Shown: positions 1 through 10,676, counted from the stretch's first letter. The stretch is 64,000 nt of DNA from Methanocellales archaeon (GCA_030019435.1 JASEEV010000001.1:28064-92063), one strand, 5' to 3'. The notes: generated from the letters alone by a model not told the origin. Made by a program: numbers and translations.

Positions 1-674
1 CAACCATTGGACCCGCAAGAATAGCAGAGAATATCGCTATACAGTCTCGTACATTAGTTCTTGCACCAACGGTTATCGTAATGTGTGAAGCCACCATTAT
101 CAGCAGACCTGCAACTATTATCCCTATAAGTTGACCTTTGATCCCTGGTTTTTCTGCGACGAGGAACTCCACAAATTTTTTCCACTTGGTCAAGAAGTGG
201 AGAACTATTATACAAAGTGCAATGAAAATCAATAGATCAAATAACGTTTGTAAGGATGCCATCAAAATCTCTTCCAAATTTATTCACCTTCCTATTCTTT
301 CATAGATCTTTACTTGCTTAAATGGCTTAAAAATATGGATGAGATGAAAAGAGGATATTGAGACTCTACGTGAGCTCATCGGATTCTCGCGTGTTAGGCT
401 CCCATTTTAGCATTATAGTGGCTAAAGCCAAAAAGATGCCGAAGGTGATCACAAATCCCACTGCTCTCTGGACATCCATGCTGATCATGATCATCAGAGC
501 GCTGACGATATACGCCACCCAGAGCAGGGTCCAATGATTCATCGTTAATTGATTTCACATACGACCTTATAATACTTACCAAATTCTAAAATTTTTTATC
601 TGAACTTACTCATTTTTCTTTAACAATTTTCGGTAGCTCTTTCAGTTTCACCAAACAAAAAGCACTTTTTTATA

Positions 675-1835
675 ATGTTCAGAGCTAATTACTTATGCAT
701 GAACGTGATGGATAAGGATGCCATATATGTGATCCAAATATACACGCGCCAGCCCGTTGTGATCGCAGAGGGCAAAGGCGCAATTGTATGGGATGTGGAT
801 GGCAAGGAATACATCGACTGCGTGGCTGGCATAGCGGTCAACAACGTCGGACACTGCCACCCAAAGGTCGTTTCTGCTATTAAGAAGCAAGCAGAGCGAT
901 TGATCCACACATCCAATTTGTATTATACGGAGACGCAAGTTGAATTGGCGGAAAAAATAGCCTCTCTGACAAACTTGGACAAAGTGTTCCTCTGTAATTC
1001 TGGCACGGAAGCGGCTGAGGCAGCGCTAAAGCTCGCGAGAAAAGCGTCTAACGAGAAAGACTTCATCGCCGCCGACGGTTCTTTTCATGGCAGAAGCATG
1101 GGCGCACTGAGCGTCACATCGAGGGAAAAATATAGGAAAGCGTTCGAACCATTGATTCCTGGGGTCAAGTTCGTACCATATGACGATGCAGAGGCGATCG
1201 AGGATGCGATCACGCCAAGAACAGCTGCGGTCATCCTAGAGCCGATCCAGGGCGAGGGTGGGGTACGTATACCTTCAGATGGATATTTAAGGGCTGTGAG
1301 GGATATCTGCGATGATTCTGGTACGTTGCTCATTTTCGACGAGGTACAGACGGGCTTTGGCAGGACTGGGAGATGGTTTGCATCCATGCACTGGGGTGTG
1401 CAGCCAGATATTATGATCATGGCAAAGGCAATGGGCGGTGGCTTCCCCATAGGTGCGATGGTTGCGAAAGAGTCTGTGGCGCAAAAATTTCAGAGGGGTG
1501 ATCATGCCTCCACGTTCGGGGGGAGCCCCCTAGCGTGCGCAGCCTCGCTTGGAGCGATCAGCGCACTAGAGAAGGGTTTGGTCGAACGATCAGCGAAGCT
1601 TGGAAAATACTTCATGAAAAAATTAGGTGAGCTAAAGCATGATTACATCAAGGAAGTTCGGGGGAAGGGATTGATGATCGGGATGGAGTTGACGATAGGT
1701 GGAGATGCAATCGTCGATAAAGCAAGGGAAAGGGGGGTCTTGTTAAACTGCGTCTCCGAGACGGTGCTCAGGTTTGTGCCACCATTGGTTATCACAAAAG
1801 AACAGATCGATAGGGTGGTGGAAGTGCTTGGCTAA
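675..1835 (+). CDS. argD: Acetylornithine aminotransferase (class III PLP aminotransferase)
   Basis: 386-aa ORF. Class III aminotransferase hallmarks in the translation (GSFHGRS, DEVQTGFGRTG, PLP-lysine region MAKAMGGGFP). True start is probably an internal Met downstream of 675. Confidence 0.8.
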   Translation: MFRANYLCMNVMDKDAIYVIQIYTRQPVVIAEGKGAIVWDVDGKEYIDCVAGIAVNNVGHCHPKVVSAIKKQAERLIHTSNLYYTETQVELAEKIASLTNLDKVFLCNSGTEAAEAALKLARKASNEKDFIAADGSFHGRSMGALSVTSREKYRKAFEPLIPGVKFVPYDDAEAIEDAITPRTAAVILEPIQGEGGVRIPSDGYLRAVRDICDDSGTLLIFDEVQTGFGRTGRWFASMHWGVQPDIMIMAKAMGGGFPIGAMVAKESVAQKFQRGDHASTFGGSPLACAASLGAISALEKGLVERSAKLGKYFMKKLGELKHDYIKEVRGKGLMIGMELTIGGDAIVDKARERGVLLNCVSETVLRFVPPLVITKEQIDRVVEVLG

Positions 1836-1836
1836 G

Positions 1837-2904
1837 ATGAGGAATTCCATTCTCAAGATAAGCGAATATGTGCCAGGAAGGACCATAGAAGATGTAGCCA
1901 AAGAATATGGTTTTCTCCCCGAAGAGATCCTCAAGCTAGGTTCAAATGAGAATCCCTTGGGACCTAGTCCTGAGGCGATCAAAGCGGTGAGAGATCATGC
2001 AAACACCATCAGCGTTTATCCACCCACGGATGCTAAGGAGTTGAGATGTGCGCTAGCACAATATATTGGTTACCCAATAGATCAGATAGTGGTCGGCAAC
2101 GGCATGGACGGCGTGCTCGATGTCTTGACGCGATTATTTGTGGAGAAAAATGATGAGGCGATCATCTCGATCCCAACGTTCCCATATTACGAGCTTTTCA
2201 TATTAGCCTGTGGAGGGGTTCCGCAATTCGTGCCCAGAAATTCGAATTTTGATGTTGACGTTGACAAATTGCTGAGAGCGGTGAACAAAAAGACCAAGAT
2301 CATTTTTCTATGCTCGCCAAACAACCCGACCGGGAACCTGATGAAGGAAAGTGACCTTAGGCATCTGCTCGATACCACGGAATCGATGGTGATCGTGGAT
2401 GAAGCATATGCAGAATTTGCAGACTTCTCTATAGTAGAACTTGTCAGAAAATACGAAAATCTTGTTGTGACGCGCTCGATGTCCAAAGCATTTGGGTTGG
2501 CAGGATTGAGAATCGGCTATGCTGTTACACCTCCTGAGATCTCCAAAGAATATATGAAAGTGTCCCCTGCATTCAGCGTTAATAGAATTGGGATAGCTGC
2601 AGGAGTAGCAGCATTGGAGGATAAGGAGCATCTCCGCCAAACGGTCAAAACTATAAGGAGTGGTAGGGCATTCCTCCGGGATAACATACCATTCAAAACG
2701 TATCCTTCCCAAGCAAACTTCGTTTTAGTAGATGTCTCGCCATTTACCGCCGAAGAAATGTGCGAAGCGCTCTTGCGAAAAGGGATAATCGTGCGGGACT
2801 GCAGCTCTTTCAGAGGCGCAGGAAATTCACTGATCAGAATCAGCGTAGGTACGAAGGAGCAAAATATGCGTGTGATCGAAGCCTTTAAAGGTGTCAAGAC
2901 TTGA
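1837..2904 (+). CDS. hisC: Histidinol-phosphate aminotransferase
   Basis: Class I/II aminotransferase similarity (SNENPLGPSP, CSPNNPTG, RSMSKAFGLAGLRIGY). ATG at 1837 follows the argD stop at 1833-1835 by one base; the ORF-track start at 1774 overlaps argD and is unlikely. Confidence 0.8.
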   Translation: MRNSILKISEYVPGRTIEDVAKEYGFLPEEILKLGSNENPLGPSPEAIKAVRDHANTISVYPPTDAKELRCALAQYIGYPIDQIVVGNGMDGVLDVLTRLFVEKNDEAIISIPTFPYYELFILACGGVPQFVPRNSNFDVDVDKLLRAVNKKTKIIFLCSPNNPTGNLMKESDLRHLLDTTESMVIVDEAYAEFADFSIVELVRKYENLVVTRSMSKAFGLAGLRIGYAVTPPEISKEYMKVSPAFSVNRIGIAAGVAALEDKEHLRQTVKTIRSGRAFLRDNIPFKTYPSQANFVLVDVSPFTAEEMCEALLRKGIIVRDCSSFRGAGNSLIRISVGTKEQNMRVIEAFKGVKT

Positions 2905-3416
2905 AGATCGGCATCACCGGGACCCCAGGGACTGGAAAAAGTTCCGTCTGCAAAATCCTCAAAAAATACTATCCCGTGATCGAGCTGGAGCAACTCATCA
3001 AGGAAAAGAAACTTTATACGAGAAAAGATCGCCAGCGCGATACCTTTGTAGCGGACATAGATGCGCTCGTAAGTTATGTGTCACATTATGTGACACATCC
3101 AACGGCCATACTTGGGGGGCATTTGGCGCATTATCTGCCCCTAGATCTGGTCATCGTGCTCAGGGCATCGCCATCTGAGCTCAGGAGACGACTGAGCAAA
3201 GAGGGATTTGATGAGGCAAAGATAAAGGAGAACGTCGAGGCAGAAGCACTGGATGTCATACTCGTTGAAGCTCTTGAAAGAAATGATAACGTGCACGAAA
3301 TAGATACGTCTGAAAGAGATATAGCTGAGGTTGCGAACTGTATCATGGAGATCATCAATGGCTCGGATGAATACAAGCCAGGATCAATTGACTGGAGCGA
3401 AGAGGTGTTCAGATGA
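2901..3416 (+). CDS. Putative adenylate kinase / NTPase, archaeal Fap7-AK6-like
   Basis: N-terminal P-loop MKIGITGTPGTGKSS; about 170 aa, as in archaeal putative adenylate kinases. Overlaps the hisC stop by 4 nt. Confidence 0.6.
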   Translation: MKIGITGTPGTGKSSVCKILKKYYPVIELEQLIKEKKLYTRKDRQRDTFVADIDALVSYVSHYVTHPTAILGGHLAHYLPLDLVIVLRASPSELRRRLSKEGFDEAKIKENVEAEALDVILVEALERNDNVHEIDTSERDIAEVANCIMEIINGSDEYKPGSIDWSEEVFR

Positions 3417-4024
3417 CTCTTGACTCGTTCAGACCATATGTTAGGGAGATGATCGACTCGATCGCAAGTTTGTTGGAGAAGCTGGGGGTTGATCCAAATT
3501 CCTTATCAGTTGCATCGTTCGTCTTTGCAGTGCTGGCCGGCGTTTTCTTCTATTTCAGATTTTTACTCCTCGCTGGACTCATGATCTTTCTAAATGCATC
3601 CTCTGATGCAATGGATGGGGCACTGGCACGTCATATTGGTACAGCAGACTTGCGAGGTGACTTTCTGGATCATGTGATCGATAGATATGCTGACATATTC
3701 ATCATCTGCGGAATCTTCTTTGGAGGATATGCACCCTGGCAGATCGGTGTTGCTGCAATCACAGGCGTGTTATTAACCAGTTATCTAGGAACACAAGCAC
3801 AGGCTGTGCACGTTGGGAGATATTATGGAGGCATTTTGGGCAGAGCTGATCGGCTGGTAGTGATATTGGTCGCGACCATCGCAAATTTTGCCTACCCGCT
3901 CGAGGTCTATTGGCTACCCATCCTCGGATGGATGTTGCTCGCAATAGCAATTACAAGCCATTTCACAGCCATTCAACGATTTGTGTACATTTGGCAGGAG
4001 CTATCAAACTTGGGAAAGAGTTGA
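3413..4024 (+). CDS. CDP-alcohol phosphatidyltransferase family membrane protein (archaetidyl-lipid headgroup synthase type)
   Basis: Signature DAMDGALARxxxxxxxxGxxxDxxxD in the translation, plus multiple hydrophobic helices. Confidence 0.75.
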   Translation: MTLDSFRPYVREMIDSIASLLEKLGVDPNSLSVASFVFAVLAGVFFYFRFLLLAGLMIFLNASSDAMDGALARHIGTADLRGDFLDHVIDRYADIFIICGIFFGGYAPWQIGVAAITGVLLTSYLGTQAQAVHVGRYYGGILGRADRLVVILVATIANFAYPLEVYWLPILGWMLLAIAITSHFTAIQRFVYIWQELSNLGKS

Positions 4025-4033
4025 ACGATCTAT

Positions 4034-4273
4034 TCACCACTCTTTTTTCTCAAATTTCCTTGCTTGTGTCTCATCCAATTCCTGAATGATCTTTGTCAAC
4101 TCTGCTACATGCTCCTTTTCATCATCTCTGATACGGCTGAGCAATTCCCTTACTTTTTCGTTGTCTGCTGAATCGATGTGATCTTGGCACTGGCTTATCG
4201 CTCCTAGTTCCCCTATCAGGTCCTCCCTTAGTAGCTTCAAATGACGAAACTTTTGAAAAAAAATCTCAGGCAA
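4034..4273 (-). CDS. Hypothetical small acidic protein (79 aa), co-oriented and overlapping the PAN stop
   Basis: ORF only. It has a helical EKEH (ferritin-like E-x-x-H) segment. Function unknown. Confidence 0.35.
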   Translation of the reverse strand: MPEIFFQKFRHLKLLREDLIGELGAISQCQDHIDSADNEKVRELLSRIRDDEKEHVAELTKIIQELDETQARKFEKKEW

Positions 4274-5498
4274 ACATCTCGCCAGAATCAGATAATGGTA
4301 CCGTTTTCGGAGCGCTGGCTAGCACTTTCTTTACAGCTTTATCGAAATCGCTCATCATTACCGACTCTCTACCATCCCGGATGGCAAACATACCAGCTTC
4401 CATGGCGATGGCGCTCATATCAGCACCACTTAAGCCATCCGTTGCAGATGCTATTTGCCCAAAGTCGATTTCATCAGCGAGATTCATGCCCCTGGTATGG
4501 ATTTTGAGTATCTCAACCCTGGACTCAAAGTTTGGTAGCGGCACATAGATCATTCTGTCGAGCCTACCAGGGCGAAGCAAAGCAGGATCGAGGATGTCAG
4601 GTCGATTGGTCGCTGCGATGACCTTAACGTCGCCTCTCGGATCAAATCCGTCCATCTCTGCTAGGAGTTGCATGAGCGTTCGCTGAACTTCCCTGTCGCC
4701 GGATGTCGCACTTTCGAGACGCTTAGCGGCTATCGCATCCAACTCATCGATGAATATGATGGATGGTGATTTTTCTCTCGCCATTTCGAATAACTCGCGA
4801 ACAAGACGAGCGCCCTCACCGATATACTTTTGAACCAATTCGGAGCCCACAATCCTAATAAACGTGGCCTCTGTCCGCTTGGCAACAGCTTTTGCCAACA
4901 GTGTTTTCCCGCTTCCAGGTGGACCATACAATAACACTCCTTTTGGTGGCTCTATGCCCACCTTAGCGAAGGCCTCTGGCTTAATTAACGGCAGCTCAAC
5001 GGTCTCCTTTAATTCTTGTATTTGCGCCTCGAGCCCACCTATTTGATCGTAATCCACAGATGGAGATTCGATGATCTCCATGCCATAAACTGTTGGATCC
5101 TTGGGTGGCGATAACACGCCAACAACTGCAAGCGTCTGCTGATTCAGAGCGACCCTGGTTCCAGGCAGTAGATCGGATCCTTCGATAAATTGCGATGCGT
5201 TTACCACAAATTTGGGGCCTGTACTGCTCTTAATTACCACTTTCTCGTTTTCTAGAACATCCAGGATGGTCCCCACCACTAATGGTGGACCTTTCAATCT
5301 TTCAAGCTCACTCCTCAGCTTTCGAATCTCTCGCTCGTACTGTATTTTTTGGTTTTCGGCAAATCGCCTTTCACTCTCTATTCTGCGATACTCCTCCCAA
5401 AGTCTGAGATTTTTCTCCTCTAATTGACGAACTCTATCAAGCAAGTATTTCGAGAACTCACCTCGCTCCGTGTCAACACTTGCATCATCCATCTGCAA
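4266..5498 (-). CDS. pan: Proteasome-activating nucleotidase (AAA+ ATPase)
   Basis: N-terminal coiled coil, Walker [16 protein letters not shown], Walker B IIFIDELD, second region of homology, C-terminal hydrophobic-Tyr-x tail. About 410 aa, typical of archaeal PAN. Confidence 0.9.
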   Translation of the reverse strand: MQMDDASVDTERGEFSKYLLDRVRQLEEKNLRLWEEYRRIESERRFAENQKIQYEREIRKLRSELERLKGPPLVVGTILDVLENEKVVIKSSTGPKFVVNASQFIEGSDLLPGTRVALNQQTLAVVGVLSPPKDPTVYGMEIIESPSVDYDQIGGLEAQIQELKETVELPLIKPEAFAKVGIEPPKGVLLYGPPGSGKTLLAKAVAKRTEATFIRIVGSELVQKYIGEGARLVRELFEMAREKSPSIIFIDELDAIAAKRLESATSGDREVQRTLMQLLAEMDGFDPRGDVKVIAATNRPDILDPALLRPGRLDRMIYVPLPNFESRVEILKIHTRGMNLADEIDFGQIASATDGLSGADMSAIAMEAGMFAIRDGRESVMMSDFDKAVKKVLASAPKTVPLSDSGEMFA

Positions 5499-5540
5499 TC
5501 CCGTGTGTTATTTAAGCCCATGTCGTATATATGCTTTGGC

Positions 5541-6068
5541 ATGATGTACTGTGAGATATGCGGCGCAGAGATCAAAGGACAGGTACATGAGATCAAAATA
5601 GAGGGATCCGAGTTAAATGCATGTGATAACTGCGTACAATACGAAGGGGTTTCACCCTCCAAAGGGGGCTACGCCCCTCTTGACACCCCAGGGGTCGAGG
5701 GGGCGAAGTCCCTCGAAGGTCAAGGGAGAGATGTCAGCATTAAAAAAGTCAGAAGACGCAGAGACATATATAACCAAATGATCGAGGAGCTCGTCCCAGA
5801 TTTTTACAAAATAATTCGCAAAGCACGCCAAGCCCATGGTTGGACCCAAGAAGAGCTTGCATCCATGGTAAAAGAGAGATCATCACTGATACGTAAAATA
5901 GAGCGTGGTGACCTGTTGCCAGAAGATGATGTGCGAAAGAAATTGGAGCATGTTCTCGGCATCAAGCTAACTGAACGAGTCATGGAACCCAGGTTGGATG
6001 TACAGACCCCAAAAGAACTTACGTTTGGAGAGGTCGCTGTGATCAAGCGTAAAAAGAGATATGACTAG
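5541..6068 (+). CDS. mbf1: Archaeal multiprotein-bridging factor 1 (zinc ribbon + HTH_XRE)
   Basis: N-terminal CxxC...CxxC zinc ribbon (YCEICGAE...CDNC). C-terminal HTH ([23 protein letters not shown]). Start chosen at MMYCEIC; the ORF-track start 5424 reads through AT-rich leader. Confidence 0.75.
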   Translation: MMYCEICGAEIKGQVHEIKIEGSELNACDNCVQYEGVSPSKGGYAPLDTPGVEGAKSLEGQGRDVSIKKVRRRRDIYNQMIEELVPDFYKIIRKARQAHGWTQEELASMVKERSSLIRKIERGDLLPEDDVRKKLEHVLGIKLTERVMEPRLDVQTPKELTFGEVAVIKRKKRYD

Positions 6069-6619
6069 AGCAGGAATATGGCAGCAGCCACCACGGTCGT
6101 CCACGAACCGTTTTTGCCCCCAATGGCGGATTGCGTTATGTTCGTCGTCCTGACTATTTTACCACTAATTTTCCAGAGTTCTCTCTTCTCATCATAGCTC
6201 ACATTTGGATCAAATTCAACACCTAAGGTGGATGCCAACATCGATGCAGCCAAATCTTCTGCATACTCGCCAGCTCTTTGTTCCGTCTCACCAAAAGAAT
6301 GATGTTCACTCAGGTAACCATATGCATTTGGATCTGATGGGATCGCACATCCAACCGAGGCGGCAATTAGCCTATTATGCTCATTTGTGGCGTTCTTTGC
6401 CATAACACAAAATACGACTTGTCCCGGTTCTAGTCCGCTTAAACCCTGTTTTCTTGGGACTGTTTTACAGCCAGGAGGAAAAATGCTCGAAACGGGAACG
6501 AGATTATATTTTTCTATCCCAGCATCTTTTAGTGCCAGTTCATATGAGCTTAGCATTTCTTTATGCCTCCCGACACCTCTGGTAAAGAATATCCTCTTAG
6601 GCACTAATGATGGGTTCAT
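6065..6619 (-). CDS. pdaD: Pyruvoyl-dependent arginine decarboxylase
   Basis: About 180 aa. Conserved FFTRGVG and the self-cleavage serine region [11 protein letters not shown], as in PdaD proenzymes. Confidence 0.85.
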   Translation of the reverse strand: MNPSLVPKRIFFTRGVGRHKEMLSSYELALKDAGIEKYNLVPVSSIFPPGCKTVPRKQGLSGLEPGQVVFCVMAKNATNEHNRLIAASVGCAIPSDPNAYGYLSEHHSFGETEQRAGEYAEDLAASMLASTLGVEFDPNVSYDEKRELWKISGKIVRTTNITQSAIGGKNGSWTTVVAAAIFLL

Positions 6620-6775
6620 TTGTCACCTCTTGCAAAGCATATACCTAAATATAATCTCCACCTTAAAATGATTTTTCACACCACATCTGGTAAAAAGTTT
6701 TGAGAGAAATTACCAGATTTGGTAACAAAGGATAGACATCTATATACCCATGCATAACAAAATGGAAGGACTAGG

Positions 6776-7567
6776 ATGGAAAGAAGACAGTACCATATCG
6801 GTTGTCGTCCAGGAGATGTGGCACGGTATGTTTTACTACCTGGCGACCCTGCACGAGTATCGATCATCTCCAAACTATGGGATGGCTTCCAGGAAGTGGC
6901 AAGCCATCGAGAGTATTGCACCCATACTGGAGTATATAAAGGAGTGTCCATTAGCGCCGTCTCCACTGGAATAGGCAGTCCTTCTGCTGGAATAGCAGTA
7001 GAGGAGTTGGCAAGAATTGGCGCGGACACGATGATACGAGTCGGAAGCTGTGGTGCGATTCAGCCCGACATCAAGTGCGGTGACATTGTGATATCAACTG
7101 GGGCAGTCCGCCTCGAGGGAACGAGCAAACAATATATCTGCGCAGAATATCCAGCTGTCGCGAACTATGAGGTCGTGTTGGCACTGATAGAGGCAGCAGA
7201 GCTCTTTGGGCATCGATATCATGTGGGAATTACCGCATCGACTGATTCGTTCTATTGTGGACAAGGGAGAACTGGGTTCAGGGGATACAAATCAAGCATG
7301 ACAGATACGTTGGTTCCAGATCTCCAGAAAGCAAGGGTGCTTAACTTAGAGATGGAGATGGCAGCCATATTCACGTTGGCAAATCTCTTCGGGCTCAGGG
7401 CTGGAGCTATCTGTGCGGTGTTTGCCGAGCGCATGGGTGGTGTGTTCGATGCGAAGGGAGAAAAAGATGCAGCCCAAGTCGCTAGTGAGGCGGTTAAGAT
7501 ACTCAGCGAATGGGATGTAAGGAAAGAAAGGCAAGGGAGAAAATATTGGCATCCCTCTTTGAGGTGA
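6776..7567 (+). CDS. Nucleoside phosphorylase, PNP/UDP family 1 (DeoD/Udp-like)
   Basis: PNP_UDP_1 motifs (GDPARV, STGIGSPSA, RVGSCGA, EMEMAAIF). Confidence 0.75.
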   Translation: MERRQYHIGCRPGDVARYVLLPGDPARVSIISKLWDGFQEVASHREYCTHTGVYKGVSISAVSTGIGSPSAGIAVEELARIGADTMIRVGSCGAIQPDIKCGDIVISTGAVRLEGTSKQYICAEYPAVANYEVVLALIEAAELFGHRYHVGITASTDSFYCGQGRTGFRGYKSSMTDTLVPDLQKARVLNLEMEMAAIFTLANLFGLRAGAICAVFAERMGGVFDAKGEKDAAQVASEAVKILSEWDVRKERQGRKYWHPSLR

Positions 7568-7571
7568 TGAG

Positions 7572-8342
7572 ATGAGAATCGCCATAATAGGTGGAAGTGG
7601 TGTTTACGATATTGCATTGGTTGAGCCAAGAGAGGACGTCATCAAGACAGAATATGGCGCTGCAAAGGTGATGATTGGACTGCTTGAGGGTAAAGAGATC
7701 GTCTTTCTGGCAAGGCATGGCAAAGGGCATACGATACCCCCACATAAGATCAACCACCGAGCGAACATTGCTGCACTGAAGGCCATGGACATCAAAAGGA
7801 TCATCGGAACGACTGCTGTGGGAAGCATAAATCCCGACATGAAAGCTGGGGATTTTGTCCTGCTAGATCAGTTCTTGGATTTTACAAAGCAACCTATGAC
7901 ATTTCATGATGAAGAGGTGGCACACATCGACGTGACAAATCCATATTGTCCAGAGCTTAGGGAAAGCATCATGAAAGCAGCAAGAGCACTGAAAATGAGC
8001 TTGCATGAAAAAGGAACGTATGTCTGTGTTGAGGGTCCACGATTTGAAACTAGTGCGGAGATACGGATGTTTGCGCTTCTAGGAGGCGATGTGGTTGGAA
8101 TGACTGCCGCCAAAGAGTGCATCTTAGCTAGAGAAATGGGAATCTGCTATGCTGCGATTGCAATGGTTGCAAACCCAGCAGCTGGTATCTCACATGAAAA
8201 GCCGATAATTCGCCAGATAATATCTTTTGTAGGGGATAAACAGAAGGAACTCAACAAACTTCTCATGAAGAGCGTAGCATTGTTGCCAGAAGAGAGGAGT
8301 TGTGCATGTGGAGAAGCGCCAGATAGAGCATATATACGGTGA
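7572..8342 (+). CDS. mtnP: 5'-methylthioadenosine / purine nucleoside phosphorylase (PNP family 2)
   Basis: MRIAIIGGSG N-terminus; HGKGHTIPPHKINHRANIAALK and GTTAVGS motifs typical of MTAP. Start is 4 nt after the upstream phosphorylase stop. Confidence 0.8.
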   Translation: MRIAIIGGSGVYDIALVEPREDVIKTEYGAAKVMIGLLEGKEIVFLARHGKGHTIPPHKINHRANIAALKAMDIKRIIGTTAVGSINPDMKAGDFVLLDQFLDFTKQPMTFHDEEVAHIDVTNPYCPELRESIMKAARALKMSLHEKGTYVCVEGPRFETSAEIRMFALLGGDVVGMTAAKECILAREMGICYAAIAMVANPAAGISHEKPIIRQIISFVGDKQKELNKLLMKSVALLPEERSCACGEAPDRAYIR

Positions 8343-8938
8343 GCAGGATGATCGAAATTTATGGGTTCTCCCAAGCCTTCGTTGCACTGCTCATCATCGT
8401 CGACCCACTTGGTAATCTCCCCGTATTCATAAGTTTGACGGAAGGCTTGACGAATAATGAGAGACTGAACGCCTATAAGATGGCGACGCTAACCGGACTT
8501 GCTCTCCTAATTTTATTCACTTTTGCTGGGACAGCAATCCTTCATTTATTCGGAATAACGCTCCAGGATTTTATGATCGCCGGGGGAATCTTACTGCTCG
8601 TGATCGCCATAAAAATGCTTGTGGGAGAGAAGTGGGCATTGAAAATTAGCTCAGAAGAGATCGGAGCCGTCCCATTAGCATGTCCTCTCCTGGCTGGTCC
8701 AGGGGCGATAACTACCACCATGGTCTTAATAGGAACGGTTGGATTGCTGAATACGCTGCTTGGCGTACTTGCTTGCTTTGGAATAACTTGGATCACACTT
8801 AAAAAATCTGCATATATCTATGAGTTCCTTGGGAAAAGTGGGACTTTGATAATAGCCAAGATAATGGCCATTCTCATAGCGGCAATAGCCATCCAGTTTA
8901 TCCGACTAGGAATTGAGGGGATATGGTGGACACTTTGA
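8339..8938 (+). CDS. MarC-family integral membrane protein (UPF0056)
   Basis: Signature DPLGNLPVF near the N-terminus; six predicted TM segments; about 200 aa. Confidence 0.75.
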   Translation: MSRMIEIYGFSQAFVALLIIVDPLGNLPVFISLTEGLTNNERLNAYKMATLTGLALLILFTFAGTAILHLFGITLQDFMIAGGILLLVIAIKMLVGEKWALKISSEEIGAVPLACPLLAGPGAITTTMVLIGTVGLLNTLLGVLACFGITWITLKKSAYIYEFLGKSGTLIIAKIMAILIAAIAIQFIRLGIEGIWWTL

Positions 8939-8984
8939 ATTTGTTTACCTGATGACTTTGCTAATATCGTTTTTCATCAAGGAA

Positions 8985-9084
8985 TGCGGCTGCCGGGATT
9001 CGAACCCGGGCTTCAAGCTCGCTCCGAAACCTTTTCTAAAAGTTTCTTGGGAAGCTTGAGTCCTAACCACTGGACCACAGCCGC
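8985..9084 (-). tRNA. tRNA-Gly (anticodon CCC) with a canonical-position intron of about 28 nt
   Basis: Reverse complement folds as a tRNA. Acceptor GCGGCUG/CAGCCGC; D-stem GUCC/GGAC; anticodon stem CAAGC/GCUUG with loop UUCCCA|intron|A; T-arm CCGGG-UUCGAAU-CCCGG; discriminator A. Exons sum to about 72 nt. Confidence 0.65.
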
Positions 9085-9112
9085 TGATCAATACTGAAAC
9101 GCTACACTATTT

Positions 9113-9889
9113 ATGACGAGCATCCATATTAAACTTACAATGACATATGACCCGCTAAAGGTCGCAGCGCAACTTGAACGAATCGTAATGAAGGATGATG
9201 CAAGGAAATACTATCGTTTTAGAGCTGACAGGTGGTATGGCGGCATTGCCACTGCGGATTGCGTTGGCTGCCCTTTGAGATGCGTTTTTTGTTGGAGCGG
9301 GTTTCCACGTGATCGACCAAAAGAGGCTGGAGAATTTCACACACCAGAAGATGTCTTTGATCATCTGGACTTAATAGCTCAGAAGCGTGGCTTTGAGCAA
9401 TTGAGGGTAAGCGGAAATGAACCCACTCTAGGCAGAGAACATCTTTTAGAGGTGTTAAAATTGGTGGACCAAACGGATTACTCATTCATACTAGAGACAT
9501 CAGGCATCCTAATCGATGCGGACTATGCTGAGTCGCTTTCCATATTCAAGAACGTACATGTGCGCGTATCGCTAAAAGGCGCCACCTCAGAGGAATTTTC
9601 GATGTTGACTGGTGCAACTCCCGAAAGCTTTGAGCTTCAATTGAATGCATTAACGCATTGTTTGGATGCGAGCGTCAGCGTTCATCCCTCTGCCATGCTA
9701 TCGTTCAGCCCACAGGAAAACATCCAAAAACTGCTAGATCGGTTGGATGAGTTCCAACCACATCTATCCAAACGCCTAGAAGCAGAGTACGTGATCATGT
9801 ACCCAAATGTCAAAAAGCGATTAAAAGCGGCGGGAGTCAAGCCAAGGATGGCTTATGCCCCAAGTGGAGTGCCCCTAGAGTTGATATAA
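9113..9889 (+). CDS. Radical SAM domain protein (CxxxCxxC = CPLRCVFC), function unassigned
   Basis: Cys cluster ADCVGCPLRCVFCW followed by Gly-rich SAM-binding-like segment; 258 aa. Confidence 0.55.
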   Translation: MTSIHIKLTMTYDPLKVAAQLERIVMKDDARKYYRFRADRWYGGIATADCVGCPLRCVFCWSGFPRDRPKEAGEFHTPEDVFDHLDLIAQKRGFEQLRVSGNEPTLGREHLLEVLKLVDQTDYSFILETSGILIDADYAESLSIFKNVHVRVSLKGATSEEFSMLTGATPESFELQLNALTHCLDASVSVHPSAMLSFSPQENIQKLLDRLDEFQPHLSKRLEAEYVIMYPNVKKRLKAAGVKPRMAYAPSGVPLELI

Positions 9890-9891
9890 AA

Positions 9892-10548
9892 CTAAAATTG
9901 TAATGGAGTTGCTCCACGACTTTTCATGATGTGCTGGGGGATGTCAATGACCTTCTCAATGAAATCAATGATGTTTCCATCACTTGTCGCTACTACTGCA
10001 TTACACGTCTTCAGCTCGTGATCAACGCTCCTCGATGTGCGCACATCTCCCTCCAGCCCGAACTGAGTTAGCATCTCCCTAACATGTCTTGCTAGTTCTC
10101 CGCTCTTGCTGACCTGCGAATCGAAGAGGAATAGGATGAGAGAAGGAGAGTTTTCAGATAACACGGTCAATATCTCAGTGAGAGCCACATCCGTTACTTC
10201 TGTCCACTTGTATTTCCCAAAAACACCTTTTATATCTCTGATAAAACCGTCATCGCACAAGACGATCTCTCGGGCAAGCACGCTTTCGGTCGTGATCAAG
10301 ACGTTATATCCATCTATGATGACTTCCGTTCCCTTTATCTCATCGCATGCTATCAACTTCTTCCTACGCTGCTCTGCAAGACTTGATGGGAGCACTGCCC
10401 TGGTTATCATATGTCTTTCCGAGAACGAAAGTTTGTAGTGGTTACTTACAAATCGAATGACACTTGTGGAAGGATATCCACGATCCATGAGGGATCGTAT
10501 ATCCCTGGCGGGAGCTTCAAGACGTTTGAGCATCATTAACGACTTCAT
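9892..10548 (-). CDS. NYN/YacP-like predicted RNase domain protein
   Basis: VIIDGYNVL (NYN DGxNV motif) and downstream ATSDGNIIDF resemble YacP/NYN nucleases. Weak call. Confidence 0.4.
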   Translation of the reverse strand: MKSLMMLKRLEAPARDIRSLMDRGYPSTSVIRFVSNHYKLSFSERHMITRAVLPSSLAEQRRKKLIACDEIKGTEVIIDGYNVLITTESVLAREIVLCDDGFIRDIKGVFGKYKWTEVTDVALTEILTVLSENSPSLILFLFDSQVSKSGELARHVREMLTQFGLEGDVRTSRSVDHELKTCNAVVATSDGNIIDFIEKVIDIPQHIMKSRGATPLQF

Positions 10549-10676
10549 CTCTTGAGATAAAAACCTGATGACCAGCTGGTGCTTCCATTGCTTGGGACTA
10601 GATTCTCCTTGTTAGTAGCGGATATTTTGGCAATGCATATTTAAGAAAGATGAGAGTAATATAGTGATGATGACCT

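Noticed and set aside
689-1505. Several antisense ORFs (75-121 aa) inside argD
   Set aside because: They lie wholly within, and on the strand opposite to, a well-supported aminotransferase gene. No motifs were recognised, so they are taken to be frame noise.
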